A stretch of DNA of 64,000 bases, taken from the NCBI GenBank assembly GCA_963812015.1, contig CAWETI010000003.1, forward strand, positions 1,600,001-1,664,000. Reading direction: 5' to 3'. The translations under genes were made by a program, and so were the position numbers. Source of the DNA: an uncultured delta proteobacterium. Its GTDB lineage: Bacteria; Desulfobacterota; Desulfobaccia; Desulfobaccales; 0-14-0-80-60-11. This document shows, piece by piece, positions 27,903 to 38,188 of this stretch. The notes under the pieces are model-generated. The model saw only the letters and a program-made list of their open reading frames with translations, did no database searches and was not told the DNA's origin. Numbering within the stretch: the first letter of the stretch is position 1; every line of letters begins with the position of its first letter.

Positions 27903-30323
27903 ATGGCAACGACAGAAGAAGAACAACAACATATCGTCATTCCCACCCAACTGCCCATGTTGGCGGTTCGGGACGTAGTGGTTTTTCCCAATATGGTGCT
28001 CCCGCTGTTTGTGGGGCGGGAGACCTCGGTACTGGCCATCGAAGCGGCCCTGGCCCAGGACCGCCTGATCTTTCTGGCCACCCAAAAAGACCAATCCGTG
28101 GAAAATCCCGAACCCGAGGACATCTACTCCGTGGGCACGGTAAGCCTTATTTTGCGCATGCTGAAACTGCCGGACGGACGCCTGAAGATCCTGGTCCAGG
28201 GAAAGGCCAAGGCCATGGTCCAGGAATTTATCCAGGAGCGCCCCTACTTCCAGGTGGGGCTGGAAGTCTTACCCGAAACTACGGTCACCGAGATTTCCCC
28301 CGAGGCCGAGGCCCTGATGCGCAACGCCCGGGAGATGTCCGAGAAGATCCTCACCCTCAAGGGCATTTTGTCACCGGATCTTTTGGCCATCCTGGAGTCC
28401 ATCGAGGACCCCGGGCACCTGGCCGACCTGGTGGCCGCCAACTTGCGCCTGAAGATCGAAGAAGCCCAGTTGGTGCTGGATGAAATGGACCCCATCCGCA
28501 GTCTCATCAAGGTCAACGATTTTCTGCGCAAGGAAATGGAAGTCTCCGCCATCCAGGCCAAGATCCAGTCCCAGGCCCGGGAGGAAATGGACCGCACCCA
28601 GCGGGAATACTTCCTCCGGGAGCAGCTCCGGGCCATCAAGAAAGAACTGGGCGACATGGACGAGACCACCAAGGAGATGGAAGAATACCGTCTCAAGATC
28701 GCCCAGGCCCGGATGCCCAAACAGGCGGAAGAAGAAGCCGTCAAACAGTTGTCCCGCCTGGAGCAAATGCATCCCGACGCCGCCGAGGCCTCCATCGTCC
28801 GCACTTACCTGGACTGGCTGGTGTCCCTGCCCTGGAGCAAGGGCACCCGGGACAAGCTGGAGGTCAAAGAGGCCAAGGCGATCCTGGATGAAGACCATTT
28901 CGACCTGGAAAAGGTCAAGGACCGCATCCTGGAGTACCTGAGCGTCCGGAAACTCAACAAGAAGATGAAAGGCCCCATCCTCTGTTTCGTGGGCCCTCCG
29001 GGGGTAGGCAAGACCTCCCTGGGGCAGTCCATTGCCCGGGCCCTGGGCCGCAAGTTCGTGCGCATCTCCCTGGGGGGCATGCGGGACGAAGCCGAGATTC
29101 GGGGCCACCGGCGCACCTATATCGGCGCCCTGCCCGGCCGGATCATCCAGGGGGTCAAGAACGCCGGTTCCAACAACCCGGTCTTCATCCTGGATGAAGT
29201 GGATAAGATCGGCATGGATTTCCGGGGCGATCCCGCCGCCGCCCTCCTGGAGGTGCTGGACCCGGAGCAGAACCACTCCTTCAGCGACCACTACCTCAAT
29301 GTGCCCTTTGACCTGTCCAAGGTGATGTTCATCACCACCGCCAACCTGGTGGACCCCATTCCCTCGGCCCTCCGGGACCGCATGGAGGTCATCCGCCTGG
29401 CGGGCTACACCGAGGAAGAGAAGCTCCAGATCGTCCGCCGCTACCTTTTGCCTCGGCAGTTGCAGGAAAATGGCCTCCACTCCCAGGATTTCAAGATTTC
29501 CACCGAGGTGATCAAGCAGGTCATCACGTACTACACCCAGGAGGCGGGACTCCGCAATCTGGAGCGGGAGATCGGCTCCCTGTGCCGTAAGGTGGCCCGG
29601 CGCATCGCCGAAGGGGAAAAAGGCCCCTTTGCCATTACCCGGGGGAACCTGCACCTGTTCCTGGGGCCGCCCCGCTATCTGCCGGAAGGCGAATTGGAGA
29701 AAGACGAAGTGGGCGTGGCCACGGGGCTGGCCTGGACCGAGGTGGGGGGCGAGACCCTGAAGGTGGAAGCCAGCCTGATGAAAGGCAAAGGCCAGCTTAC
29801 CCTGACGGGCCAGTTGGGCGACGTGATGAAGGAGTCGGGCCACGCGGCCTTGAGTTACGCCCGGGCCCGGGCCGACCGCCTCAACCTGGCGCCGGATTTT
29901 TACGAGAAACTGGACATCCATATCCACGTGCCCGCGGGAGCCACTCCCAAGGACGGCCCTTCGGCGGGAGTCACCATGGCCACCGCCCTGATCTCAGCCC
30001 TTACCCATATTCCGGTCCGGCGGGACGTCGCCATGACCGGGGAAATCACCCTCCGGGGCAAGGTGCTGCCCATCGGCGGCCTCAAGGAAAAGGCCATTGC
30101 GGCCCTCAGGGCCCGGGTCAAGAAGGTTATCATCCCCGCGGCCAACAAGAAGGACCTGGTGGAAATTCCCAAGAACGTCAAGCGCCGCCTCAAGTTCGTG
30201 GCGGTGGCCGACATGGACGAGGTGCTGAACGAAGCCCTGCTGCAGTCGCCCTTCAAGGAGGGCAAAAAAGCCGGGGCCCCGATGGGACGGCTGACCACGC
30301 CGCCTTCCCGGCCGGTAGTCTGA
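27903..30323 (+). CDS. lon: ATP-dependent Lon protease
   Basis: LON N-domain, GPPGVGKTS, DEVDK, PKDGPSAG and GGLKEK motifs. Confidence 0.98.
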   Translation: MATTEEEQQHIVIPTQLPMLAVRDVVVFPNMVLPLFVGRETSVLAIEAALAQDRLIFLATQKDQSVENPEPEDIYSVGTVSLILRMLKLPDGRLKILVQGKAKAMVQEFIQERPYFQVGLEVLPETTVTEISPEAEALMRNAREMSEKILTLKGILSPDLLAILESIEDPGHLADLVAANLRLKIEEAQLVLDEMDPIRSLIKVNDFLRKEMEVSAIQAKIQSQAREEMDRTQREYFLREQLRAIKKELGDMDETTKEMEEYRLKIAQARMPKQAEEEAVKQLSRLEQMHPDAAEASIVRTYLDWLVSLPWSKGTRDKLEVKEAKAILDEDHFDLEKVKDRILEYLSVRKLNKKMKGPILCFVGPPGVGKTSLGQSIARALGRKFVRISLGGMRDEAEIRGHRRTYIGALPGRIIQGVKNAGSNNPVFILDEVDKIGMDFRGDPAAALLEVLDPEQNHSFSDHYLNVPFDLSKVMFITTANLVDPIPSALRDRMEVIRLAGYTEEEKLQIVRRYLLPRQLQENGLHSQDFKISTEVIKQVITYYTQEAGLRNLEREIGSLCRKVARRIAEGEKGPFAITRGNLHLFLGPPRYLPEGELEKDEVGVATGLAWTEVGGETLKVEASLMKGKGQLTLTGQLGDVMKESGHAALSYARARADRLNLAPDFYEKLDIHIHVPAGATPKDGPSAGVTMATALISALTHIPVRRDVAMTGEITLRGKVLPIGGLKEKAIAALRARVKKVIIPAANKKDLVEIPKNVKRRLKFVAVADMDEVLNEALLQSPFKEGKKAGAPMGRLTTPPSRPVV

Positions 30324-30339
30324 GGGGGGCTGCCCAACC

Positions 30340-30367
30340 GTAGGGGCGGTGAGCGCACCGTCCCGAC
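30340..30367 (+). repeat. GTAG-type REP-like palindrome
   Basis: GTAGGGGCGGTGAGCGCACCGTCCCGAC. Confidence 0.65.
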
Positions 30368-30387
30368 AACGACCTTAGGGATGCAGC

Positions 30388-30576
30388 ATGCAGAACAGAG
30401 GTGATACCCAAGTGCTTGCCCAATTTCTCGCTGCCGGTATAATACATGGTGACGCCTTGGACTTGCTTGCACGCCTTCCCCGAGGCAGCATCCACCTTTT
30501 CTTCACGAGTCCACCGTATGCCGATGCACGAGCATATAGCCGGATACATCCAGACCATGCTTTTATGTCAAGTTAA
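30388..30576 (+). pseudogene. N-terminal fragment of an N4/N6 DNA methyltransferase
   Basis: IIHGDALDLLARLPRGSIHLFFTSPPY; stops after 62 aa. Confidence 0.75.
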
Positions 30577-30647
30577 CTACGAAACACTACCATAGACCAT
30601 CATTAAAAACCTTTGGTGCAATCTCTCTAATACGCAACCCTAACGAA

Positions 30648-31928
30648 GTGGATTCCATCCTTGCAAATCCGTATCTGACTCGCTGGCTGGCCATGGGGGC
30701 CTTGGTGCTCCTGGTCGCCTTCTTCGCCATGTCCGAAACCTCCCTCTTTGCCCTGAGCCCCCTGGGTCGTTTGCGTCTGAAAGACAAACGCCCGGCCCGG
30801 GGAGCGCTGGTGGAAGCCCTCCTGGCCCGGCCCCGGCGTCTGTTGGTGACGGTGCTCATCGGGGTGGAAACCTCTAGCATCCTGTTTTCCGTCCTGGCCA
30901 CCTCCATGGTCCTGAGCCTCTGGGGACCCCATAAGGAATGGCTGGTGCTCCTGGTCATGGTCCCCACCTTTCAGTTCCTGGGGGAAATCATCCCCAAGTC
31001 TCTGGCCCTGGCGTACCCGGAGCGCCTGGCCGGCCGGATGGCTCCGTTGATCAGGCCGGCGATCCTTATTCTGTCACCTTTTCGGGTGGTTTTTTTGCAA
31101 ATCAGCCGGGGGATTCTGGTGGCCCTGGGATTCCGTCCGGACCTGCCGGTGCACTCGGTGCAGCAGGAAGATTTTGTCCGCATGGTGGAAGACAGCCACC
31201 GCCGTGGCCTGATCGCCCCCATAGAACGGGATTTTATTCAGAATCTCCTCAATTTTGGGGAGCTCCGGGTGGGACAGATCATGGTGCCCCGCCCCGATAT
31301 GTTCACTCTCCCGGTTGACTTGACTTTCGCCGAGATGGTCAAGGCCATCAAGCAGTCCCGGTTCACCCGGGTCCCCATCTATGAGGAGACCCCCGACCAG
31401 GTGCTGGGGGTCCTCCATGCCAAGGACATCCTGGAGATGTGCCATCAAGGACCCTGCGAGGGCGAGGTCCCCCGGCATCTTTTGCGGCCGGCCTACTATG
31501 TCCCTGAAAACAAGCGGGCCTTCGACCTGTTGACCGAGATCCAGGCCCATAACCAGCGCCTGGCCCTGGTGGTGGATGAATACGGCACCCTGGTGGGCCT
31601 GGTCACGGTGGAAGACCTCCTGGAGGAACTCTGCGGCGACATTCCCCAGGAGTTCAAGGAAGAGGAAGAGCCCCTGACGGAGGTGGCCCCTGGCGTCTGG
31701 CGGGTCAAAGGGAGCATGTCCCTGGCGGATTTTAACGAAGAGCTGGGCCTGAATCTGCCGGCGGAGGAATTCGACACCATCGGCGGGCTGGTTTTGAACC
31801 TCTTCGGCTCCCTGCCCCGGGAAGGGCGGACCATTGCTTATGACGCTTATGAAAAACTCACCTTTCGGGTGCTGCGTATGCAAGGCCCCCGCATCCTCGA
31901 AGTGGAGGTGCGGCGGGAAACCCTATGA
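30648..31928 (+). CDS. CNNM/CorC-HlyC hemolysin-family transporter
   Basis: FFAMSETSL, GEIIPKS, CBS pair (IMVPR, VVDEYG) and CorC domain. Confidence 0.93.
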   Translation: MDSILANPYLTRWLAMGALVLLVAFFAMSETSLFALSPLGRLRLKDKRPARGALVEALLARPRRLLVTVLIGVETSSILFSVLATSMVLSLWGPHKEWLVLLVMVPTFQFLGEIIPKSLALAYPERLAGRMAPLIRPAILILSPFRVVFLQISRGILVALGFRPDLPVHSVQQEDFVRMVEDSHRRGLIAPIERDFIQNLLNFGELRVGQIMVPRPDMFTLPVDLTFAEMVKAIKQSRFTRVPIYEETPDQVLGVLHAKDILEMCHQGPCEGEVPRHLLRPAYYVPENKRAFDLLTEIQAHNQRLALVVDEYGTLVGLVTVEDLLEELCGDIPQEFKEEEEPLTEVAPGVWRVKGSMSLADFNEELGLNLPAEEFDTIGGLVLNLFGSLPREGRTIAYDAYEKLTFRVLRMQGPRILEVEVRRETL

Positions 31929-33169
31929 TCTACGGGATTCTGATATTCTGCCTTCCCCTGGTGATCCTGGAAGGGTTTTTCGCGGCTTCGGAAATCTCCC
32001 TGGTCTCGGCCAACCGCCGCCGCCTGCAGCACCGCGCCGAAGAGGGCTACCGGGGCGCCAGAATGGCCCTGAAACTCCTCTCTCGGCCGGAATACCTGCT
32101 GGCCACCACTTTGCTGGGGGCTTACCTGTCCTCGGCGGCCAACACCATTCTGGTGACTATATTCCTCCTGGAAAAACTGGGGTCTATGGGAGAAGTGTCG
32201 GCCATGCTCATCCTGCCCCCCCTGCTCCTGATTATCGGAGAGATCATTCCTAAATCCATCGGCCGGCAGCAAGCCACGGTGCTGGCCGAAAAGCTGGCCC
32301 CGCCCCTCTGGGTAGCCTCCTGGGTCATTTATCCCATCACCCTGATATTCGGCAGCCTGAGCCGCCTGGTCCTCATCGCGGCCGGCGTCAGGAAGACCGG
32401 CCAGCTTCCCTTTATTACCCGGGAGGACCTGCGCCTGGTGGTGGCCAAGAGCGGCGCCGAAATGGACCTGGAGCGTAAGGAGCGGGTCTTTATCCATCGC
32501 ATCCTGCAATTTTCCCTGCGCACCGTCAAGGAAGTGATGGTGCCGCTGATTCGGGTGACGGCCATCCCGGACACCCTGACCGTGGGGCAAGCCCTGGAAG
32601 AATTCCGCACCTCCCGGTTTTCCCGGCTGCCGGTCTATCATCGCCGCATCGACAACCTCATCGGGGTGCTCCATGACTTCGACCTGTTGGGCGAAGAAGG
32701 CCCGGAGCGCCCCATGCGCAGCTTCATGCGTTCGGTCACCTACGTGCCGGAGCAAAAGAAAATCGACCGGCTGCTGGCGGAAATGCAGCGTCAGGGGATC
32801 CACCTGACGGTGGTGGTGGACGAATACGGCGGCGCCGTGGGTATAGTCACCATTGAAGACCTGCTGGAAGAAATCGTCGGAGAGATCACCGATGAATTTG
32901 ACCAGGAGGTGGCGCCCTTCAAGCAACTGGGCGAAGGCCATTACCTGATCAGCGGCAAGACCGAAATCAAGGCCTTGAACGAGACCCTGCACCTGGAACT
33001 GCCCCCGGGGGATTACGAAACCCTGGCCGGGTTCCTGATCTCCCAACTGGGGGATTTGCCCCGGGCCGGCGAGCATCTGCAATACCGCAATCTCAAGTTC
33101 ACCGTGCGCCAGGCTGAGGCCCGGGCCGTGAAGGAGGTGGAGCTTTTTGTCGACGTTGCCCCGAAGTGA
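31925..33169 (+). CDS. CNNM/CorC-HlyC hemolysin-family transporter (second paralog)
   Basis: [23 protein letters not shown] and YETLAGF motifs; ATGA overlap with the previous gene. Confidence 0.93.
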   Translation: MIYGILIFCLPLVILEGFFAASEISLVSANRRRLQHRAEEGYRGARMALKLLSRPEYLLATTLLGAYLSSAANTILVTIFLLEKLGSMGEVSAMLILPPLLLIIGEIIPKSIGRQQATVLAEKLAPPLWVASWVIYPITLIFGSLSRLVLIAAGVRKTGQLPFITREDLRLVVAKSGAEMDLERKERVFIHRILQFSLRTVKEVMVPLIRVTAIPDTLTVGQALEEFRTSRFSRLPVYHRRIDNLIGVLHDFDLLGEEGPERPMRSFMRSVTYVPEQKKIDRLLAEMQRQGIHLTVVVDEYGGAVGIVTIEDLLEEIVGEITDEFDQEVAPFKQLGEGHYLISGKTEIKALNETLHLELPPGDYETLAGFLISQLGDLPRAGEHLQYRNLKFTVRQAEARAVKEVELFVDVAPK

Positions 33170-34325
33170 GCGCTGGGCCTTTTTTGACTGTTTCGCGGGC
33201 CTCAGCGGCGACATGACCCTGGGGGCCTTGATTGACCTGGGGCTCCCGGTGGAAGAGCTGCAGGGGCTGATTGCCGCCCTGGGTCTGGCCGAGGTCTCCC
33301 TGACCGCCAGCCGGGTGGCCAAACAACACCTCACCGGCATCAAGGTGGAGATTCGCTCCCGGGAGAGCCAGCCGGCCCGCACCTACAAAGAAATCACCGC
33401 CTTGATAGAGGGGGCGCCCCTGACCGAGGGGGTCAAGACCCGGAGCCTCGCAATGTTCCGCAGCCTGGGTGAGGTTGAAGCCCGGATTCATGGCCAGCCC
33501 CTGGAAACGGTGCACTTCCACGAACTGGGGGCCCTGGACACCATCGTCGACGTGGTGGGGGTGGCGCACGGCTTAGAGCGCCTGGGGATCACCCAAGTTT
33601 TCTGCAGCCCCCTGCCCATGGGGTGGGGGATGATCGCCGCGGGCCACGGCCGCCTCCCCAACCCGGCCCCCGCCACCCTGGAGCTGTTGAAAGGCCTGCC
33701 GGTTTACGGCACCGACCTGCCCGGGGAGCTGGTTACGCCCACCGGGGCCGTCATCTTGAAGGGCTGCGAGGCCCGGTGCGAGCCTTGCCCCTCCATGACC
33801 TTGGAGCGCGTCGGCTACGGCGCCGGCAGCCGGGACCTGCCGGGCCACCCCAATCTCCTGCGCCTCTACCTGGGGACCCCCCTGGCCGCCGACTTGGGCC
33901 TCCGGGAGAAAGTGCTGGTCCTGGAAACCCACCTGGACGATATGAACCCGGAGTGGTATGAGCCCCTGGTCGCCGCCCTTTTCACCGCCGGGGCCCTGGA
34001 CGTGGCCCTGGCCCCTATTCAGATGAAGAAGCACCGCCCCGGGGTGCGCCTCACCGTGGTGGCGCCCCCGGCGGCCAAAGAAGGACTCCTGGCCCATTTA
34101 TTCGCCGACTCCACCACCCTGGGGGTGAGGGTCATGGAGGTGGAGCGGGTCACGGCCCGGCGCTGGCCGGAGACCATCGAGACCGCATACGGCCCCCTCC
34201 AGGTGAAGGTGATGGAGTACGGTGGCCGCCGCCGCCTGCTGCCGGAATACGAGGCCTGCCGCCGGATGGCCGAAGACCAGGGCTTGCCCCTGATCGAGGT
34301 CTACCGGCTGGTCCCCCGGGAATGA
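33147..34325 (+). CDS. larC: Nickel pincer cofactor biosynthesis protein LarC
   Basis: DCFAGLSGDMTLGAL, VHFHELGALD, ELVTPTGA, MKKHRPG, TTLGVR and PEYE motifs. Confidence 0.95.
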   Translation: MSTLPRSERWAFFDCFAGLSGDMTLGALIDLGLPVEELQGLIAALGLAEVSLTASRVAKQHLTGIKVEIRSRESQPARTYKEITALIEGAPLTEGVKTRSLAMFRSLGEVEARIHGQPLETVHFHELGALDTIVDVVGVAHGLERLGITQVFCSPLPMGWGMIAAGHGRLPNPAPATLELLKGLPVYGTDLPGELVTPTGAVILKGCEARCEPCPSMTLERVGYGAGSRDLPGHPNLLRLYLGTPLAADLGLREKVLVLETHLDDMNPEWYEPLVAALFTAGALDVALAPIQMKKHRPGVRLTVVAPPAAKEGLLAHLFADSTTLGVRVMEVERVTARRWPETIETAYGPLQVKVMEYGGRRRLLPEYEACRRMAEDQGLPLIEVYRLVPRE

Positions 34326-35101
34326 TGCCCGGGGCTGCCCGGAAGCCGGGAACAATCTTGACACTCACCTTTTATCTGAGCCTCATCGTCATCCTCCTCA
34401 CTCAGGCGATCCCGGCTGCGGCCAAAGATTTCCTGGTGGCCATTGATATAGGCCACAGTTGCGACGTGCCAGGCGCGATCAGCGCCCGGGGGGTCGGGGA
34501 ATATTGGTTCAATAAGCGGATTGCTGAAGGAGTTAATGCCAGGATTGCGGCGCAAAAAGGCCCGATTAAATCTTTTTTGGTCAATAGTCCCATCAGCGAT
34601 CTGCCTCTGGCGGCCCGACCCCGGTTAGCCCAGGAAAAGCGGGCGGATTTATTGATTTCGATTCATCACGATTCCGTACAACCTGAATGCCTTTCTTATT
34701 GGTGTGTCCAGGGGCAAAAGCAACACTATTGTGATCTCTATCAAGGCTTTTCGCTGTATTATTCCGAGTTGAGTGGCGACCCCGATGACAGCCTGTGGTT
34801 TGCCATAGTTCTCGGCTCCGAAATGTTGAAAAATGGCTTGACGCCCAGTCTGCACCATGAGGCAAAGATGACCGGACCCGATAAGGGTTTGGTGGATAGG
34901 GAACGGGGAATTTTTAAATACAACAAACTGATCGTCTTGAAAAATGCACCTATGCCGGCAGTCTTGCTGGAATGCGGCATAATTGTTAATCGAGACGAAG
35001 AATTAGCCTTGAGCCGGGCGGAATACCAGGAGAAGATAATTACGTCTATCATTGCGGCGATTAAGAAATATTCTCAGTTTATCGGCGCTCACGCCCAATG
35101 A
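34322..35101 (+). CDS. N-acetylmuramoyl-L-alanine amidase (Amidase_3)
   Basis: AIDIGH, E, ISIHHDS and PAVLLECG motifs; signal peptide. Confidence 0.88.
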   Translation: MMPGAARKPGTILTLTFYLSLIVILLTQAIPAAAKDFLVAIDIGHSCDVPGAISARGVGEYWFNKRIAEGVNARIAAQKGPIKSFLVNSPISDLPLAARPRLAQEKRADLLISIHHDSVQPECLSYWCVQGQKQHYCDLYQGFSLYYSELSGDPDDSLWFAIVLGSEMLKNGLTPSLHHEAKMTGPDKGLVDRERGIFKYNKLIVLKNAPMPAVLLECGIIVNRDEELALSRAEYQEKIITSIIAAIKKYSQFIGAHAQ

Positions 35102-35197
35102 ACCGGACGGGGCGGCCAAGCTTGGCGCGCCGCGGCGCGCCCCTAAGCTCAGCCGCCACCAGGGCCGCCGGGTAATCGGCAGCCTGTCCTCTTCCCT

Positions 35198-35677
35198 TTA
35201 TAGTCCGGGCCCGGCTGCTTTTTGATCTTTTTCTTGGTCATACATCAAAGAGACGGTTTGAGAGACGCGCTTGACCCAGGTTGGATCATCTTTATTTAAA
35301 TCAACTTCATCATAGAAATCGCTAAAATCATGATCAACCAATTTGTAGGGATTATTAATACTATCTGAATCAAAAAATGTATGTCTCAATTCATGTCTTA
35401 TCACTCTTTCAATGTCGGTATCTTCACAATGCCCAAGTAATTTAATATCTAAAAGCATAATGTAATCATAACCATCTTCCGGAGCTTCATTTCGAGATAA
35501 AAACTTAACCAGGGCTGAAGGTTTTACCATTTTACCCAGAACTGTATTGCCTTTTCTCACCATCTTGCTTTTATTAACCAGGAAGAGTATTTTGGCATTA
35601 ACCAAATAAGGGAAATGTTGCGATCTGATTTTTTCACACATTTCCAGAATGTGATCAGAAACATGGTCATACTTCAT
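35198..35677 (-). CDS. Putative phage-type metallopeptidase (HExxH), AT-rich
   Basis: YDYIMLL...RHELRH...HDFSDF; AAGGAGG RBS before ATG 35677. Confidence 0.75.
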   Translation of the reverse strand: MKYDHVSDHILEMCEKIRSQHFPYLVNAKILFLVNKSKMVRKGNTVLGKMVKPSALVKFLSRNEAPEDGYDYIMLLDIKLLGHCEDTDIERVIRHELRHTFFDSDSINNPYKLVDHDFSDFYDEVDLNKDDPTWVKRVSQTVSLMYDQEKDQKAAGPGL

Positions 35678-35901
35678 GATAATCCTCCTTTTCATTTGGA
35701 AAAATCTAATCCATAAATATAAACGATAGATCCCCAAAGCCAAAGAGAATTTTTGGGAAACCCGGCATCGCCTCGGCTCTTTCACCACCGGTTGTCGGTC
35801 ATCCCAACCGCCGTCCGGGATTTCAACTCAATAAAAATACATGATATTTCGCTCCGCTCCGCCTGGGCATTAAGGGCAATGGCTAGTTTGCGCCAGGCCA
35901 C

Positions 35902-36036
35902 TAACAGGCTGTTGAAAAACCATAAGTTCCCCACTTTGTCATTCTGACCGAAGGGAAGAATCTCGTATTTTCAGGTAGATGAGATCATTCGCTGCGCTCA
36001 GGATGACAAAAAAGCCGTTTTCTTAACAGCCTGCTA
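35902..36036. mobile_element. MITE-like element with IS-like ends and a GTCATTCTGA...TCAGGATGACA core
   Basis: Terminal IR taacaggctgttgaaaaac / gttttcttaacagcctgcta. Confidence 0.65.
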
Positions 36037-36173
36037 AAGGACGGCAATGCGGCCGGAGTATCGGCGAAAGGGAGACATTGGCCGGGGGGCTCGAAATAAT
36101 CAATCTAAAGCTGGAACCGGAGGGCCGGCCGGGTATAATAGCCGGGAAGGGATATTTTTTGGAGGGGTCGCTT

Positions 36174-36623
36174 ATGAACCGGAAGGTGCTCCGACTTATC
36201 GCCATCCTGGCGGCACTGAGCTGCATCGGCCCGGGCCTGGGTTGGGCCCAGGGCCAGACTGACCTGGCCGCGCAAATGAACGCCGGCTACGATCTGTTGG
36301 AACAGGGCAAATTCGACCAGGCGCAAAAGGCCTATGCCGCGGTGCTCCAAAAAGACCCGGGCCACCCTCTGGCCCTGAATAACCTCGCCGCCATCCTGGT
36401 CAAGCAAGGCAAGTATGATCAGGCCCTGGCCTATCTCAAGCAGGCCCTGCCCCGGGCCAAGGGCTTCAAGGTGGACCTCAACCGGGTGTGCAACGTCGAC
36501 GGGGTGTGCGCCGCCAGCCGCATGGGCCAGGACCAGTTCGGGTCCGAAGACCTGGAAGGGGTGGTCAAAAGCAACCTCCTGATGGTGGAAATGGCCAGGT
36601 CCTCCCGCCGGGGCCCGAAATAA
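36174..36623 (+). CDS. Secreted TPR-repeat protein
   Basis: Signal peptide; ALNNLAAIL...KYDQALAYL; GGAGG RBS. Confidence 0.85.
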   Translation: MNRKVLRLIAILAALSCIGPGLGWAQGQTDLAAQMNAGYDLLEQGKFDQAQKAYAAVLQKDPGHPLALNNLAAILVKQGKYDQALAYLKQALPRAKGFKVDLNRVCNVDGVCAASRMGQDQFGSEDLEGVVKSNLLMVEMARSSRRGPK

Positions 36624-36838
36624 CCGGGACCGCCGGCGTTTCCGGCTCCGCCTCTGTTGTCTGCGGCGGCTGTCGCCAGCCCCTGGATCCCTGACTGGCC
36701 TGGGCTGCCCCGGGGCCGGCATGTCTAATGGTATCCTTTTTGCGGACCTGGGGTATAATGAAAACCTTGAGGGCGCGGCAATGGGCCGGACGTTATGCCG
36801 CGGCTCCCGGTTGATTCACTTCTTATCGGCATAACCTT

Positions 36839-38032
36839 ATGAACCGGCAATCTTTTATCACATTCCAGACCCTGGTCTTCGCCCTGGTGGCGGCGGCCCT
36901 TACCACGGTCTATATCACCCAGCCGGTGCTGCCCGTCATCCAGCATGAGTTCGGGGTCAATCCCTCCCAGGCCTCTTATACCGTCTCGGCGGTGATTTTG
37001 GGAATCGCCCTGGCCAACCTGCCCTTCGGTATGCTGGCGGATCGCTTCCCCATCCAGCGTCTCATCCTGGTGGGCGGCGCGGTGGTGGCGGCCTGCGGCT
37101 TATTTTGCGCCGTCACCTCCAGCCTGGCGCTCCTGGTGGGGGCTAGATTCATCCAGGGACTTTTTGTCCCCGCCCTGACCACCTGTCTGGCAGCCTACCT
37201 GTCCACCAATCTGCCCCTGGAGCGGTTGAACGTGGCCATGGGGTCTTATGTCTCGGCCACGGTGGCCGGCGGTTTAGGTGGACGCCTGCTGGGGGGCTGG
37301 ATTCACCCGCCCCTGCACTGGCGCTATGCCTTTATCACTGCTTCCCTGTTGGTGGTGGCCGCCACTCTGGCCGCGGTGCGCTGGCTGCCCCGGGGCAAAC
37401 TTTCCAGGGAGAGCGATGAGGCGGCCGAGGGGTTCCTGGCGCTCCTGGCCCAGCCGGAGCTGCGCCGGTCGTTTCAAGTGGCCTTTGGGGGATTTTTCAT
37501 CTTTTCCTCCATCTTCAATTACCTGCCGTTTTATCTCCATGGGCCGCCGTTCAACGCCTCCACCGAGTTCATCACGCTCTTGTACCTGTCCTATCTCATC
37601 GGGGTCGTCATCGGTCCCATGGCGGGCCAGCTCAGCAACCGCATCGGCAACGGCGGCACCATGGTCCTGGGCTCCCTGGTCCTGGCCCTGGCCATTGCCT
37701 TAACCCTCATCCAAGCAATCTTCGCCATCGTGGCGGCCCTGGTCCTGGTCTGTGCCGGTTTCTTCTCGGTGCACGCCGCGGCCGCGGGCTCCCTGAATCG
37801 TAACCTCACCTCCAGCCGCGGCCGGGCCAACTCCTTGTACGTGCTGGCCTACTACCTCGGGGGGGCGGTGGGCATCACCCTGAGCGGCTATGCCTACGGT
37901 CTGGCCGGCTGGCACGGGGTGGCCGCCCTGGGCCTCCTGATGCTGACGGTGCCCCTGGTTACGGGGTTGCGGGAAATGCGGCAGCCCGCGGCCGACGCCA
38001 ATTCGCGACAAAAGTTGAGTCCCGGCGTCTAA
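36839..38032 (+). CDS. MFS transporter (YnfM-like)
   Basis: YITQPVLP, GMLADRF and ANSLYVLAYYLGG motifs; pattern of about 12 hydrophobic segments. Confidence 0.92.
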   Translation: MNRQSFITFQTLVFALVAAALTTVYITQPVLPVIQHEFGVNPSQASYTVSAVILGIALANLPFGMLADRFPIQRLILVGGAVVAACGLFCAVTSSLALLVGARFIQGLFVPALTTCLAAYLSTNLPLERLNVAMGSYVSATVAGGLGGRLLGGWIHPPLHWRYAFITASLLVVAATLAAVRWLPRGKLSRESDEAAEGFLALLAQPELRRSFQVAFGGFFIFSSIFNYLPFYLHGPPFNASTEFITLLYLSYLIGVVIGPMAGQLSNRIGNGGTMVLGSLVLALAIALTLIQAIFAIVAALVLVCAGFFSVHAAAAGSLNRNLTSSRGRANSLYVLAYYLGGAVGITLSGYAYGLAGWHGVAALGLLMLTVPLVTGLREMRQPAADANSRQKLSPGV

Positions 38033-38188
38033 TCGGCGATAATAAGAACAGCGGGGCTCCTCTGAAGGGCGGCGGCGGGGATGCGGCGACCTCGGCAGAT
38101 TTAAAAACTTTATCAAAATGATAATCTTATGCTTAACATTTACAGGCTGGTTGGGGTCTATATCAATGAAAGCCGGTAATGAGACCCC

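Noticed and set aside
28371..29927. Long antisense ORFs, e.g. 518 aa opposite lon, 511 aa opposite the CNNM genes and 411 aa opposite tsf/pyrH
   Set aside because: Shadow ORFs expected from high-GC codon bias opposite well-supported genes.
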